The notes beneath the pieces were generated by a model. The model saw only the letters and a list, made by a program, of their open reading frames with translations, ran no database searches and was not told where the DNA came from. 64,000 nt of DNA. Source: an uncultured Planctomycetota bacterium (GTDB taxonomy: Bacteria > Planctomycetota > Planctomycetia > Isosphaerales > Isosphaeraceae). A program made the translations under genes and the position numbers. This document shows, one piece after another, positions 1 through 10,849 of the stretch (position 1 is the stretch's first letter; the number at the start of each line of letters is the position of its first letter). The stretch is taken from assembly GCA_963823665.1 (NCBI GenBank), contig CAWGMQ010000010.1, forward strand, positions 640,001 to 704,000. The letters run 5' to 3'.

Positions 1-665
1 TTTTTGGGCCGCCCGCGCGGACGGATCGTTGATTCCAGACCCAGTTGCCGCACGGTATGGTCCGTCCACGTCTCGTCGCCAAACGGACTGCATCGCTGCA
101 TGCTCACGCGTACTGCCTTGAGCTCGGCTTCCGTCTGAGCCGCATTCACATGTTCAACCCAGTTCGACTTGCGCGACAATGGCCACGCGGCGAGCAGCTC
201 CTTGTCTTCGGCCGAGCCGCGCAGCCAGCGATAGAGGCTGCTCCAGCGCCACTGCTCGGCACGACGCGCGAGGTTCGCACGCACCGCATTCCGCTCCACA
301 TAGCGTGCGACCATGTAAAAATGCTCGTCCTCCTGAATCGGAAACGACTTGAACCGCCCCTGGTACACGTGCCCCGAACCCGTCGTACCGCGATGCGCGT
401 GCCAGCGCTGGGTGTGCGTGAGCGTTAGCCAACCGGCGAACTGAGATAACTCCCCATCCTCCTTCGGCCAGACCACGAGGTGCCAGTGGTTCGGCATCAA
501 GCAATAAGCCAGCAACCGCATGCCCGTCCGCGCAACAGCTTCCCGCAACACCTCCTCGAATGCCTCGTAGTCCCCGCTATCCTCAAAAATCGTCATCCGC
601 GCATTCGCGCGGTTGAGCACATGATAGACATATCCCCCCTCGGCGGCTCGATGTGGTCTTCCCAT
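1..665 (-). CDS. REP-associated tyrosine transposase (RAYT / Y1_Tnp, IS200-like HUH superfamily), 3' end runs off the window
   Basis: Manual translation from ATG at 665: MGRPHRAAEGGYVYHVLNRANARMTIF...YCLMPNHWHLVVWP...GHVYQGRFKSF...RYVERN...W.WSS...RPRGRPK. Contains the HUH motif (MPNHWH) and other RAYT motifs. Absent from the ORF track because no stop lies in the window. Confidence 0.9.
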   Translation of the reverse strand, partial: MGRPHRAAEGGYVYHVLNRANARMTIFEDSGDYEAFEEVLREAVARTGMRLLAYCLMPNHWHLVVWPKEDGELSQFAGWLTLTHTQRWHAHRGTTGSGHVYQGRFKSFPIQEDEHFYMVARYVERNAVRANLARRAEQWRWSSLYRWLRGSAEDKELLAAWPLSRKSNWVEHVNAAQTEAELKAVRVSMQRCSPFGDETWTDHTVRQLGLESTIRPRGRPK

Positions 666-707
666 GCCGGCCTAGAATACCCGTACCATGCTAAGATGTC
701 AATTAAC

Positions 708-725
708 GGTTCCTGACACCTTTTT
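708..725. repeat. REP-like imperfect palindrome GGTTCCTGACACCTTTTT upstream of the RAYT
   Basis: Motif lies about 45 bp upstream of the transposase start. Resembles short palindromes I recall flanking this RAYT group in planctomycetes. Confidence 0.55.
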
Positions 726-862
726 GCGGGGGCTGGATTTCGAGAACGGCGCGGCGTATCGTCTAGGACGATGGATGAAGAATGACTGGACGGGTTCGGG
801 GTTGATCGGGCTCTCATTCATCCGCGGACCTTGCGACTTCGGCCTCTCACGGGGGGCTTGTC

Positions 863-3800
863 ATGGTGTGTCGGGCGTCGATGCGTTGTGGTGCACCGCT
901 GGCCACTCTGGCCTGGGCGATTCTCGCGCTCACCGTCACTGAAGGCTGCCATCGTGCCGCGGCACCGCTAGGCCAGGAGTGGGTTGGCAAGCGCGTCGTC
1001 GTCAAGATCGGCGCCGCGCTGAGAGTAGCCAACCCCGGCGGCGGCAACGACAATATCGAAAATGCCGCGACGCGAAGCCCGGGCGGCCTCGAGTGCATCC
1101 AGCGCGTCGAGCGGGTCCGCGGTCGCTGGCTCGAACTCAGGGCCGAATTCAGCGGCGCCGCGGGCTGGGCGACCGCCGACTCGGTTGTTCCGCTTGACCA
1201 CGCAATCGATTACTTCACAAACGAGTTGCGAGCCAATCCCAATAACACGGCATGCTATCTTGCCCGGGCCCAGATCTGGCTCGACAGGAACGACCACGAC
1301 AAGTCCATCGCCGACTTCGGCGACGCCATCAGGCTCGACCCCAAGAACGCATCCGCCCACGGTGGCCGCGGTGCGGCCTGGTATACCAGGAAGGAGTACG
1401 ACAAGGCGATCGCCGACTGGAGCGACGCGATCCGGTTCGACGCCCGGGATGCATTTGCCTACGCCGGCCGGGCCGCCGCCAGGGACAAGATTGAAGATCA
1501 CGAGAACGCGATCGCCGACTTCGACGAGGCGCTTCGACTCGCGCCAACGTATGCTCGGGCCTACATCGGCCGCGGATTGGCCTGGTACACCCGAAAAGAT
1601 TACGACAAGGCCATCGCCGACTTTGGCCAGGCCATCCGGCTCGAACCGACAGACGCAATGGCCTTCAACAACCGCGGCAATGCTTGGTGCAAGAAAGAAG
1701 AATTTGATAAAGGCATCGCGGACTACGGCGAAGCCATCCGCCTCAACCCCAACGACGGACCGGCCTACTTCAACCGCGGCAAGGCATGGCACACGAGAAA
1801 CGAATACGACAAGGCAATCGCCGACTTCGGGGAATACATCCGGCTCGACCCCAACAACGCAGTGGCCTTTAACTCCCGCGGCCTGGCCCGGTCCGCCAAA
1901 AAAGAATACGACAAGGCGATCGCCGACTTCGGCCAGGCCATCCGGCTCGAACCCAGCTTTGCACCCGCCTTCCACAACCGCGGCAGTGCTTTGTACATCA
2001 AAGCGGAATACGATAAAGCGATCGCCGATTACGCCGAAGCCATCCGCCTCAACCCCAAAGACGCAGAAGCCTACCTCAACCGCGCCAACGCGTGGCAAAA
2101 GAAAAACGATTTGGACAAGGCGATAGCCGACTTAGGCGAAGCGATCCAGCTCGTACCCAAGTACGCTGCGGCCTTCTGCTCCCGCGGAGTGGCCTGGTAC
2201 TCCAAGAAAGAGTACGACGAGGCACTTGCCGACCTGGGCGAAGCCATCCGGCTCGAACCCCGCTACGCAATGGCCTTCGACAACCGCGCGAATGTTTGGT
2301 TTAGCAAACACGAATACGATAAAGCCATCGCCGACTACAGCGAAGTCATCCGATTCAACCCCGAATACGCACCGGCCTACCTCAACCGCGGCAACGCCTG
2401 GGAAAAGAGGAACGAACACGACAAGGCAATCGCCGACTTCAGCGAAGCCATCCGGCTCGAGCCCAGATACCCAATGGCCGTCAACTCCCGCGGCATGGCC
2501 TGGTACCTCAAGAAAGACTACGACAAGGCCATCGCCGACTTCAGCGCATCCATCCGACTCGAACCCGGCTCCGCATGGGCCTACAACGCCCGTGGCAACA
2601 TCTGGGCCACCAAGGCCGATTACGACAAGGCGATCGCCGACTACGACGAAGCAATCCGGCTCAACCCCGAACACTCACCGGCGTACGGCAACCGCGGCTA
2701 TGCCTGGGCCGCGAAGAAGGTCTACAACAAGGCAATTACCGACTTCGATCACGTCATTCGGCTCAGTCCAAAGGACGAGAAGGCCTACCTCAACCGCGGC
2801 GCCGCCTGGGCCGGGAAGAAGCTCTACGACAAGGCGATCGCCGACTACGATCACGTCATTCGCCTCGATCCAAAGAACGCAAAGGCTTACCAAAACCGCG
2901 GCGACGCTTGGACCGCCAAGAGGCAATATCACTGGGCGATCGCCGACTACGGCCGCGCCATCCGGCTCAAGCCCGACGACGAATTGGCCTACTTCAACCG
3001 TGGCAATGCCTGGGCCGCCTTGCTTGACAACGACAAGGCGATCACCGACTACAACGAGGCCATTCGCCTGGACCCGAAGTACGCATCGGCCTATTCCCGC
3101 CGCGCCACTGCAATGGTTCTCAAGAAAGAGCTCGACAAGGCCATTTCGGACTACACGGAGGCCCTCCGCCTCCGTCCCAATCGCGCGCGGTCCTACTTTG
3201 ACCGTAGCGTGATCTGGCTGGCCAAAGGGGAATATGACAAGGCCATCGCCGACTTCAGCGAAGCCATTCGGCTCGACCCCGAAGACGCCGGGGCCTACGC
3301 CAACCGCGGCAACGCCTGGGCTGCCAAGAAGCAGTACGACAAGGCAATCGCTGACTATGATCACAGCATTCGACTCGATCCAAAGACGACACACGCCCAC
3401 ATCGGCCGCGGCGTCGCTTGGACCTTCACGAAACAGTATGACAAGGCCCTCGCCGACTTCGGCGAAGCTATCCGGATCGACCCCACAAACGCAAATGCCT
3501 TCTCCGATCGCGGCCGGGTGTGGTTCTTGAAGAAGGCATACGATACGGCGATCGCCGACTTCAATGAGGCCATCCGGCTCAACCCCGGAAAGGCAGCCGC
3601 CTACGCCAACCGGGGAGACGCCTACTCGGCCAAGAAACAGTTCGATAAGGCGATCGCCGATTACGATAAGTCGATCCGGCTCGAGCCCGGCCGCCCCCAT
3701 GCCGTTTGCAATCGTGCCGTCACCCAGATGATCCTGCACCGCCGCGAGGCCGTCGCTGGCTTCAAGGCGGTCCTTGTCCTCGAAGGCACCGAAGGTGAAC

Positions 3801-4159
3801 ATTTTGCGCACGCCCTCATCCTCGGCCACTTCGCTGCGCGGCGGGCTGGTAACGATGCGGAAGCCAAGGCATTCCTGGACGTCGCGCCGGCCAGGCTGAA
3901 CGCCAAGACATGGCCTTATCCGCTCGTCAAGCTCCTCCGCGGCGAGCTCGACGAGCAGACGCTTTTGGAATCCGCAGTCGACGACGACCAAAAGTCCGAC
4001 GCCCGGTGCGTTCTCGGACTGAACAACGCGCTCCTGGGTCACAACGACGAGGCACTCCTGCACCTCCGCTGGGTCAGAGACCACGGCAGTCCCGCGCGGG
4101 CCGGATACACCTGCGCCCTCGCTGAGCTCGATCGACTCGAGAAGCCAGTCTCACCGTAA
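863..4159 (+). CDS. Secreted/lipoprotein tetratricopeptide-repeat protein (about 25 TPRs, SH3-like N-terminal region, NlpI-like C-terminus)
   Basis: Hydrophobic N-terminus ending TEGC. Repeated 34-aa unit AY.NRG.AW..K..YDKAIAD..EAIRL.P. C-terminal WPYP.V..L.G motif. Confidence 0.92.
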   Translation: MVCRASMRCGAPLATLAWAILALTVTEGCHRAAAPLGQEWVGKRVVVKIGAALRVANPGGGNDNIENAATRSPGGLECIQRVERVRGRWLELRAEFSGAAGWATADSVVPLDHAIDYFTNELRANPNNTACYLARAQIWLDRNDHDKSIADFGDAIRLDPKNASAHGGRGAAWYTRKEYDKAIADWSDAIRFDARDAFAYAGRAAARDKIEDHENAIADFDEALRLAPTYARAYIGRGLAWYTRKDYDKAIADFGQAIRLEPTDAMAFNNRGNAWCKKEEFDKGIADYGEAIRLNPNDGPAYFNRGKAWHTRNEYDKAIADFGEYIRLDPNNAVAFNSRGLARSAKKEYDKAIADFGQAIRLEPSFAPAFHNRGSALYIKAEYDKAIADYAEAIRLNPKDAEAYLNRANAWQKKNDLDKAIADLGEAIQLVPKYAAAFCSRGVAWYSKKEYDEALADLGEAIRLEPRYAMAFDNRANVWFSKHEYDKAIADYSEVIRFNPEYAPAYLNRGNAWEKRNEHDKAIADFSEAIRLEPRYPMAVNSRGMAWYLKKDYDKAIADFSASIRLEPGSAWAYNARGNIWATKADYDKAIADYDEAIRLNPEHSPAYGNRGYAWAAKKVYNKAITDFDHVIRLSPKDEKAYLNRGAAWAGKKLYDKAIADYDHVIRLDPKNAKAYQNRGDAWTAKRQYHWAIADYGRAIRLKPDDELAYFNRGNAWAALLDNDKAITDYNEAIRLDPKYASAYSRRATAMVLKKELDKAISDYTEALRLRPNRARSYFDRSVIWLAKGEYDKAIADFSEAIRLDPEDAGAYANRGNAWAAKKQYDKAIADYDHSIRLDPKTTHAHIGRGVAWTFTKQYDKALADFGEAIRIDPTNANAFSDRGRVWFLKKAYDTAIADFNEAIRLNPGKAAAYANRGDAYSAKKQFDKAIADYDKSIRLEPGRPHAVCNRAVTQMILHRREAVAGFKAVLVLEGTEGEHFAHALILGHFAARRAGNDAEAKAFLDVAPARLNAKTWPYPLVKLLRGELDEQTLLESAVDDDQKSDARCVLGLNNALLGHNDEALLHLRWVRDHGSPARAGYTCALAELDRLEKPVSP

Positions 4160-4176
4160 GAACATGCCTCGATTCG

Positions 4177-4725
4177 TCAATCCCCGCGGTTTGCGTGACG
4201 ATCCGCCGCGTCGCGATGGCGAACGTTCCATGCCCCGGAGCGCTTGCCACCGGTGTGTCCGCGCCAGCCCCGAGCGAGGGCTCGTGAATGCCGATGCATG
4301 CCGCCACGAGCCCCACTACCGAAGATCGATCGCTCCGCCGACACCCGCTGCGCGGCTCGCGCACGAGACGCCGCACGGCCGTGATGCGCGTGACGCCAAT
4401 TTCCGCCGTGCCGTCCCGCAACTGCGAACCGTCCGTGGCCACCGCGCTCGGACACCACGCGATGATGCCCGTGTTCGTGCCGGCCGATACCCGCGTGCCG
4501 TCCGCCTACACCGTGCTTTCTCTCGCCGTGATACCGGCCTCGCGCATGATGATGCCCCTTGCCGTGAAGTTTGCCTCCACCGTGATGTCCTCGTACGCTG
4601 TGATCTCCACTCCCGCTTTGATCGCCGTCCGCTGCATGGGCAACTGTAGTGGGTAAAGCAATCATTGCTAGCACAAAGGCCAAAGCCCGGACCGTCCTGA
4701 ACAGGTTGTGTGTGAACTGGCGCAT
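4177..4725 (-). CDS. Putative secreted His/Gly/Arg-rich low-complexity protein
   Basis: GGAGG 9 nt upstream of ATG at 4725. Signal-peptide-like ALAFVLAMIALPTTVAHA followed by many GHH/HG motifs. Confidence 0.5.
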   Translation of the reverse strand: MRQFTHNLFRTVRALAFVLAMIALPTTVAHAADGDQSGSGDHSVRGHHGGGKLHGKGHHHARGRYHGERKHGVGGRHAGIGRHEHGHHRVVSERGGHGRFAVAGRHGGNWRHAHHGRAASRARAAQRVSAERSIFGSGARGGMHRHSRALARGWRGHTGGKRSGAWNVRHRDAADRHANRGD

Positions 4726-4957
4726 CGCCGGCATCCTCCGAAGATTCGCATCGCCATCGATCTCTCTAGTGGTCCCCCGATATCTTTGATACGTCCGCGG
4801 AAACACGAAGGTTTCGAGCGACCGCACGACTTCGCCAACTCCCCAGCCGCGCAGCGGCGACATCGTGAAGCCCGGCGTGCACGCCGCGGGTGGAACGCGG
4901 CGTCATCATCGAGCCCGGAGAGCCAACCGCGGCAATCCAGCGCCCTCGCCTCGCGCC

Positions 4958-6232
4958 TCAGCGCGCGCGCTTCACGGCCCCCGGCACGAACGGCACCTCA
5001 ATGCGGTCCGGCGTCACTCGCTTCGTGATCGGCGTGGTCAGGTCAACTTCGAACGGTGACGCCACGCTATTGCCGGCGACGTCCTCCAGCTCGCTCCCGA
5101 CCACCAGCCGGTACGATTCGAGTCGCCACGAATCCCGTGGAACGAACCGCCAGACTGTTTCCGCTTCGGCGATCGAAATCGAGCCGGCAACCTCGCGCCC
5201 TTCTCCGTCGAGTACGCGAACGAGCCGCTCGAGCAGCGCCCGATCCAGCGCCTCCGGAAAGCGAGCTTCGAGCGCATCACGGCTGTCGGCCCGCGGAGCC
5301 GAGACCGACCACTTCCTCGGGTCCGGCATCGACTCATCGGGCGGCCCGGCCCGAAACGTCTGGCGAAAGTCGGATTGAAGCGCATTTCCCGCGGCGTCCG
5401 TCCACGCGCGATCAATAACCAGGCAATACGATTTGCCGGCCTCGAGCACCGGGCCGAACATCTCTCGCGGCTTCAGCCCCCGCTTGATCCTTCCCGGGTC
5501 GATGAAAAGCGTGAATCGCTTGCCATCCGGCGACCACAGCTCTTCCTCGAGCTCGAGAAATGGGGCATGCACGGGCTTGCCGGTCGCCGTGTCAATCAGT
5601 TTGAGACGGCGATAAGCCTCGCCTCGGCCCATCGGTGCAGAGAAGTGAATGTAGAACCGCAGCACGTTTTCGGGCAGCGCCGTGCCCGACGGATAAACGG
5701 CTGCCACTTTTGTTGGAGGTGAATCCTCCCCCTTCGGCTGGAAAAAATCCGCGGTGATCGTGCGAGGCGGCCGCCCTGGCTTGGGGATCGACGCACCCGG
5801 ATCAAGCTCCTTGACCGCAGCTTGCATCCGCTCGGAGTCAAAATCCGCGCGATAGCGGATACCCCGCTCGAGCGGGAACCGTGGGATGAACCGAATCACC
5901 GTTCCGCGAACCTCGTACGCCCCACAAGCCCGGGGCTTTCGGGTCGCGCGCTCGGTCGTCGTTCATCACCCGGACGGCGAAAAACGATCGCCAATGATCG
6001 GCCGTCACTCGTTCCGATTTGAGGACTTCAAGCGCACCGACTCCGGCGTACCCGTGACCTTGACCGTCGATTTACCTGTCTTCAATTCGGCGGGGCTTTC
6101 CCAGCATATCGAGATCGGAAGCGGGGGCGAAGTCTTCTCGTCATCGAGTGACCGACCTCGCTCAGAAAGCGCAATTACCTCGCCTGGGGCGGCAACGCGC
6201 CAGGAGCGCCGCCACCCCGCAAGCGAGGACAT
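4958..6232 (-). CDS. Conserved hypothetical protein with Ig-like domains (frameshifted near 5900-6010)
   Basis: ORF 4958-5899 (YPSG..LPEN.LRFYIHFS.PM...LDPGRIKRG) lacks its own start. Upstream piece 6005-6232 follows directly after the preceding gene. Confidence 0.65.
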
Positions 6233-6256
6233 TCAACCGGTTGAGACGCCCAGCGA

Positions 6257-7380
6257 TCACGGCAACTCGATCGTGTCGAGATTGAGCGACCCGTCAGACG
6301 CCGCCTTCGCCAGAACCACGGCATGCGTCTTGTCGAGCTGGTCCATCTGCTCCACGCCCTTGAGGCTCTCGATCGTCTCGTACCCGAGCCCCTTCTTGCC
6401 GCCGCCGGTGACTGGAGCCGTGATCCCGGCGCTTCTCCCGCGCCGGCCGTCGGGATCTTCATCACGCCCCGCTTGCTGTTGGTCATGAGCAGATAGTCCT
6501 TGCCGTCCTTCTGATACATGATCATGTCGAGCGGCTGATTGCCATTTCCCAGCTCGGCGATCGTGGTCCCCTTCACGTGCGCACCCGCTTTCAGCTCCGA
6601 GACCGGAACTTTCACGAGCGGCGTGCAGGTGTACGCGGCCAGCATATAGGGCTCGTTGCCGATGCGATACGTCACGAACGTGCGGATCGGCGACTTGGTC
6701 TCGAACCGCCCGTGCGCACCGTGATAGATCTCAATCGCCGCCCCGTCGATCCCCTCGCTGCTGAAGGGATACGGAATTGAGATCAATCGCGAAGAGAATT
6801 CTTCGTTCGACAGGCCCGCGACAAACACCCGGCCGTCCGAATAGGCCAGGTCCGTGATCGACTGGCTGCGCGGGCTCGGTCCGCGAGCACTCGTGGCTTT
6901 CGCGTCCGGCGCATTCGGAATCTCGACCTTGGAAAACGGAACGTTCTCGAGCGAAACCTCCTCGATTTTCCCGTCCGCCTTGACCCGAGCCAGCAGCGGA
7001 GATGCATCCGGCCCGCGGCCGCGCGAGACGGCCAGGTACACATTTCCAGAACGCGGGTTCACAGCCAGATCGTTGATCGTGAGCTGCTGCGGTGTGGTAC
7101 CAACGTTCTTGGCGATCGTGCCGGAAACATCTTTCACCTCGACTCGGCCCTTCTCCGCGGCTTCCGTCTTGTCGCCCGTGTCGATCGCGAAAATCGCCGC
7201 ACCCGCCGTGTCACCGATGAACAGGATGCCGTCCGGGCCGAAGGCGAGCTTGTCGATCGACTTCAAATCCGGCTTGCCTTCCTTTAAACCGCCAGCTCGC
7301 TCCGCGCCGGAGGCCACCGGCACCATCATGCATAATCCGAGCAGAGCCAACGCAAATTTGCGAAATCGATTCGCGGGCAT
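6257..7380 (-). CDS. Secreted hypothetical protein, probable beta-propeller (frameshift near 6430)
   Basis: Signal peptide and LAFGPDGILFIGD-type blades. The C-terminus continues in another frame (GLGYETIESLKGVEQMDQLD...LDTIELP*) to a stop at 6257. Confidence 0.7.
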
Positions 7381-7620
7381 GTCCGATGCTCCTTTGATGT
7401 TGAACCACCCGACTCAAATCGCACGACTCGAAACCGCATTATCGCCGGGTAAGGTGAGGAATCAACGCTTCAGTCGCGAAACTTTCGCGAATTCCCCTGG
7501 TAAAACCGTGCACGCGAGCAGGCATCGACCGCTGCGGCCGTACCATCCGCGCAGACGCCATACACTAATAAGCGACAAGGCCGAATCTTGCGCCGCCGCG
7601 CTTGCAGCCCTCACCGCTTT

Positions 7621-8987
7621 CTACGACGCACAAAGCCGATGCCCGCCATCGGTGCGAACGTCCACGCCGTTTTCGAGCAGGAACTCCAGGCACCGCTGTG
7701 GCAGCCGGCACGAGAGCCGCACGCGATCGTCGTCGCTATACACTCTGTCCGCGAATCTGACCGTGCTGGGCAAGATAGGCGAGAACCCGGCCGTTGGCGA
7801 CGCCCGTCTCCACAAACGCATCCAGCGATCGCTCCTCGAGCGCGTTCCGGACCGCCTCTTCCAGCCGATCGAGCCCCTCGCCCCTTGCGGCACTGATGGC
7901 GACCGACCGCGAATGATGCGCTTCGAGTACGTCCAGGTACGACCGATCGGGCACTCGATCGGTCTTGTTCAGCACCAGCAGGGTCGGATGCTCTTCCAGC
8001 CCCAGCTCCGCGAGCACGGACTTGACGGCCTGGATCTGCGACTCGGCCTCGATGCTCGACGCATCAACAACGTGCAAAAGAAGATCGGCCTGCCGCGCCT
8101 CCTCGAGAGTCGCCTTGAACGAAGCAACCAACGCATGCGGCAAGTCACGGATGAACCCGACCGTGTCGGAGAGCAGGGCATAACCCCCTCCGGCAAATCG
8201 CCAGCGACGCGTGCGGCGTGTCGAGAGTCGCGAACAGCTTGTCTTCCACCAGCACGCCCGCCTCGGTGAGCGCATTCATCAGCGTGCTCTTGCCGGCGTT
8301 GGTGTATCCGACCAGCGAAACCGTCGGCACCGCGTCGCGGCTCGCGACCTCGCGCTCCTTCCGCGCCTGGATCTTCTGCAGTTTCGCCTTCAGCTCCTGA
8401 ATCCGGTGCGAGACAATTCGCCGGTCTTCCTCGAGCTGCTTTTCGCCAGGACCGCGCAGACCGATGCCGCCTTTGTACCGTGAAAGGTGCGTCCACATTC
8501 GCTTCAGCCGCGGCATCGCGTATTCAAGCTGAGCGAGCTCGACCTGCAGATGGGCCTCATGGGTTCGCGCGTGCGTCGCGAAGATGTCGAGGATCACCTC
8601 GGTCCGATCGACAACCTTCACCTCGAGCTTTTTCTCGAGGTTGCGAGTCTGCGCCGGCCCGAGGTCGTTGTCGAAAACGACGACATCCGCCTCGTGCGCA
8701 TCGACGAGCAGCTTGAGCTCCTCGACCTTGCCCGAGCCGATGTATGTCGCGATATCAATCTGGTGCCGCTTCTGCAGCATCTCGCCGACCACGTTCAGAT
8801 CGGCTGTCTTGGCCAACCCACGCAACTCTTCGAGCGGATCGTCGGGTGTCGTATCGGTGCGAGGCAGGATCACACCGACGAGAATGGCACGTTCTTGACG
8901 TCCGAGCCGCTCGATGCGTTTTGTATCGATCAAGGGGGAAATTGACCTCGCTGCCATAGACGGATTGAGAATGCCCGACCGGGCCAC
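7621..8987 (-). CDS. hflX: GTPase HflX (two frameshifts, near 8210 and 7760)
   Basis: GPGEKQLEEDRR, VGYTNAGKSTL, LFATLD, DTVGFIRDLPH and LNKTD spread over three frames. Confidence 0.93.
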
Positions 8988-9187
8988 GTCACACCTGAAT
9001 TCTAAGTCGTCGACGGAATCCCGTCAACGACAGGACCGCAGTTTAAACAACTGTTCGGACAAACGGGTGACACGGGTGACACGGAATCACTTGATTGGGA
9101 CACAATCCTCCGCATCCAGGTTCGCGGGTGCCGATTCGGCAGCGTTCGATTCACGTGCCTCGTCAAATGCTTCGAGCGTACCGCGTC

Positions 9188-10124
9188 TCAACTGATCAAG
9201 ACCTTGCGCGGCTGGAGCCTTTTCTGCTCGAAATCCGGCTCGCCCAGGGCCACCAGCCGCGAGTTTCCATCCACCAGAGCCAACAAAGCTCCCCCCTCAT
9301 CCACCGGGCCGATGTGATCCGGCAACGCGATCGTCTGGCCGTGCGCTGACCGCCTCGATTTGAGCGTCGTCAATGAGCAGCCTTCGCAGATGAGCGACCG
9401 CCTCCAGCGGCGGACGGATCACCGCGGCGATGTTCGCTCGCGATAGCTCTCGCGGGTCGGACGCCTGCTCCTTCGTGAATTGGCCGATCCGCGTGCGGTC
9501 AAGGGCCTCGACCAGGCCTCCGCAGCCGAGCGCCTCTCCCAGGTCGCGCGCGATCGAGCGGATATACGTACCCTTTGAACAGTCAATCTCGAGCTCGAGG
9601 TGCGGCCAGGAATAACCGATCGCCTCGATGCGGTCGATCTGAACCAGTCGCGGGGCGATGTCGACCGATTGGCCCGCGCGGGCCAGATCGTACGCCCGCC
9701 GCCCCTTGATTTTCACCGCCGAATAATCCGGAGGCGTTTGCACGACCCTCCCGACGAGTTTCGACAGCGCTTCCCGCACCTCCGCGAAGGTCGGCACCCG
9801 CGCTGATTCCTCAAGGACGATCGTGCCCAGGGCGTCCTGGGTATCGCTGCGAGCACCGAGCCGGATGACGGTTCTGTACGACTTGCCCAGGTCCTGAATG
9901 ATCTCGATCAGCCTGGTCGCCACGCCGACGCAAACGATCAGGATGCCGCCCGCCAGCGGATCGAGAGTTCCCGCATGCCCCACCTTGACGCGCGGCAGCA
10001 ACTCCGCGACCCGGTCCACCAGCTCACGCGACGTCGGCCCCGTGGGCTTGTCCAGAACGATGATCCCCGCCACCTTCGGCCGTTTTCTACCGGCCTGCAA
10101 TTCATGCTCGGGCTCGACCGCCAT
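9188..10124 (-). CDS. truB: tRNA pseudouridine(55) synthase TruB (frameshift near 9350)
   Basis: DKP.G.TS, KVGHAGTLDPLA, PPDYSAVK, CSKGTYIRS. C-terminal LQPRKVL lies in ORF 9188-9373. Confidence 0.93.
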
Positions 10125-10260
10125 CGATTGACTCCACCCAAATCGGTGCTTGACGGAAACTCCCGCTCGATTTAGCGTAGCTCCGGTGATCTCTCCGCCG
10201 CCCAAATCGAAACCGCCTTCGCGGCGGGCCGGCCGCCGAATTCTCGACTCTTACAACACG

Positions 10261-10830
10261 ATGCCCATTCTTCCGCCCGAGCCCGACTGCTTTCCCGCTG
10301 ACCTGTGGGATAACGGTGCGTCATCCGGCACAGACGATGGCTCAATCTGGTGGTGTCTGCACACGAAACCCCGCCAGGAAAAGGCCGTCGCCCGCGAGCT
10401 GCGCACCGCGGGGGTCGCCTATTACCTGCCACAGGCTCGGAAGGAAAGCCGCACGCCTCGGGGACGGCGGATCGAGTCGGTTGTTCCTCTCTTTCCCAGC
10501 TATATGTTCCTCAAGGGGCGCCAGCAAGATCGTCTCGTCGCGCTCCGTGGAAACCGGCTCGTGGCCATTCTCGACGTCGCCGATCAGGATGCTTTGGCTC
10601 GAGACCTCAATCAGGTTCACGCGATGATCAAGTCGGGCCTCGTTGTCACGGAAGAGCCCACCGTGCCGATCGGCGCCACCGTGCGAGTCCTGAACGGTCC
10701 GCTCAGAGGCCTCGTCGGCAAGGTGATCAAACGCGCCAACCGGGATCATTTCGCGGCATCCGTGCGATTTCTGGGCCGCAGCGCGACGGTCTTGCTCCAG
10801 CAGTGGCAGGTCGAACGGCTTCCGGAATGA
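10261..10830 (+). CDS. NusG paralog / RfaH-UpxY-type transcription antiterminator
   Basis: WWCLHTKPRQEK, PLFPSYMF and KOW motif IGATVRVLNGPLRGLVGKV. Confidence 0.85.
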   Translation: MPILPPEPDCFPADLWDNGASSGTDDGSIWWCLHTKPRQEKAVARELRTAGVAYYLPQARKESRTPRGRRIESVVPLFPSYMFLKGRQQDRLVALRGNRLVAILDVADQDALARDLNQVHAMIKSGLVVTEEPTVPIGATVRVLNGPLRGLVGKVIKRANRDHFAASVRFLGRSATVLLQQWQVERLPE

Positions 10831-10849
10831 CCGCGCATCGCGCGTCTCT

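Noticed and set aside
968..4084. Long antisense and alternate-frame ORFs over the TPR gene
   Set aside because: Shadow ORFs caused by GC-rich codon bias and the 102-bp periodicity; no motifs.
9063..9085. Short tandem ACGGGTGAC repeat between hflX and truB
   Set aside because: Two copies only; not enough to assign a function.
10342..10830. C-terminal extension of the 602-aa ORF across the NusG paralog
   Set aside because: Antisense read-through, probably from a missed stop or frameshift; the NusG-like frame has the clear motifs.
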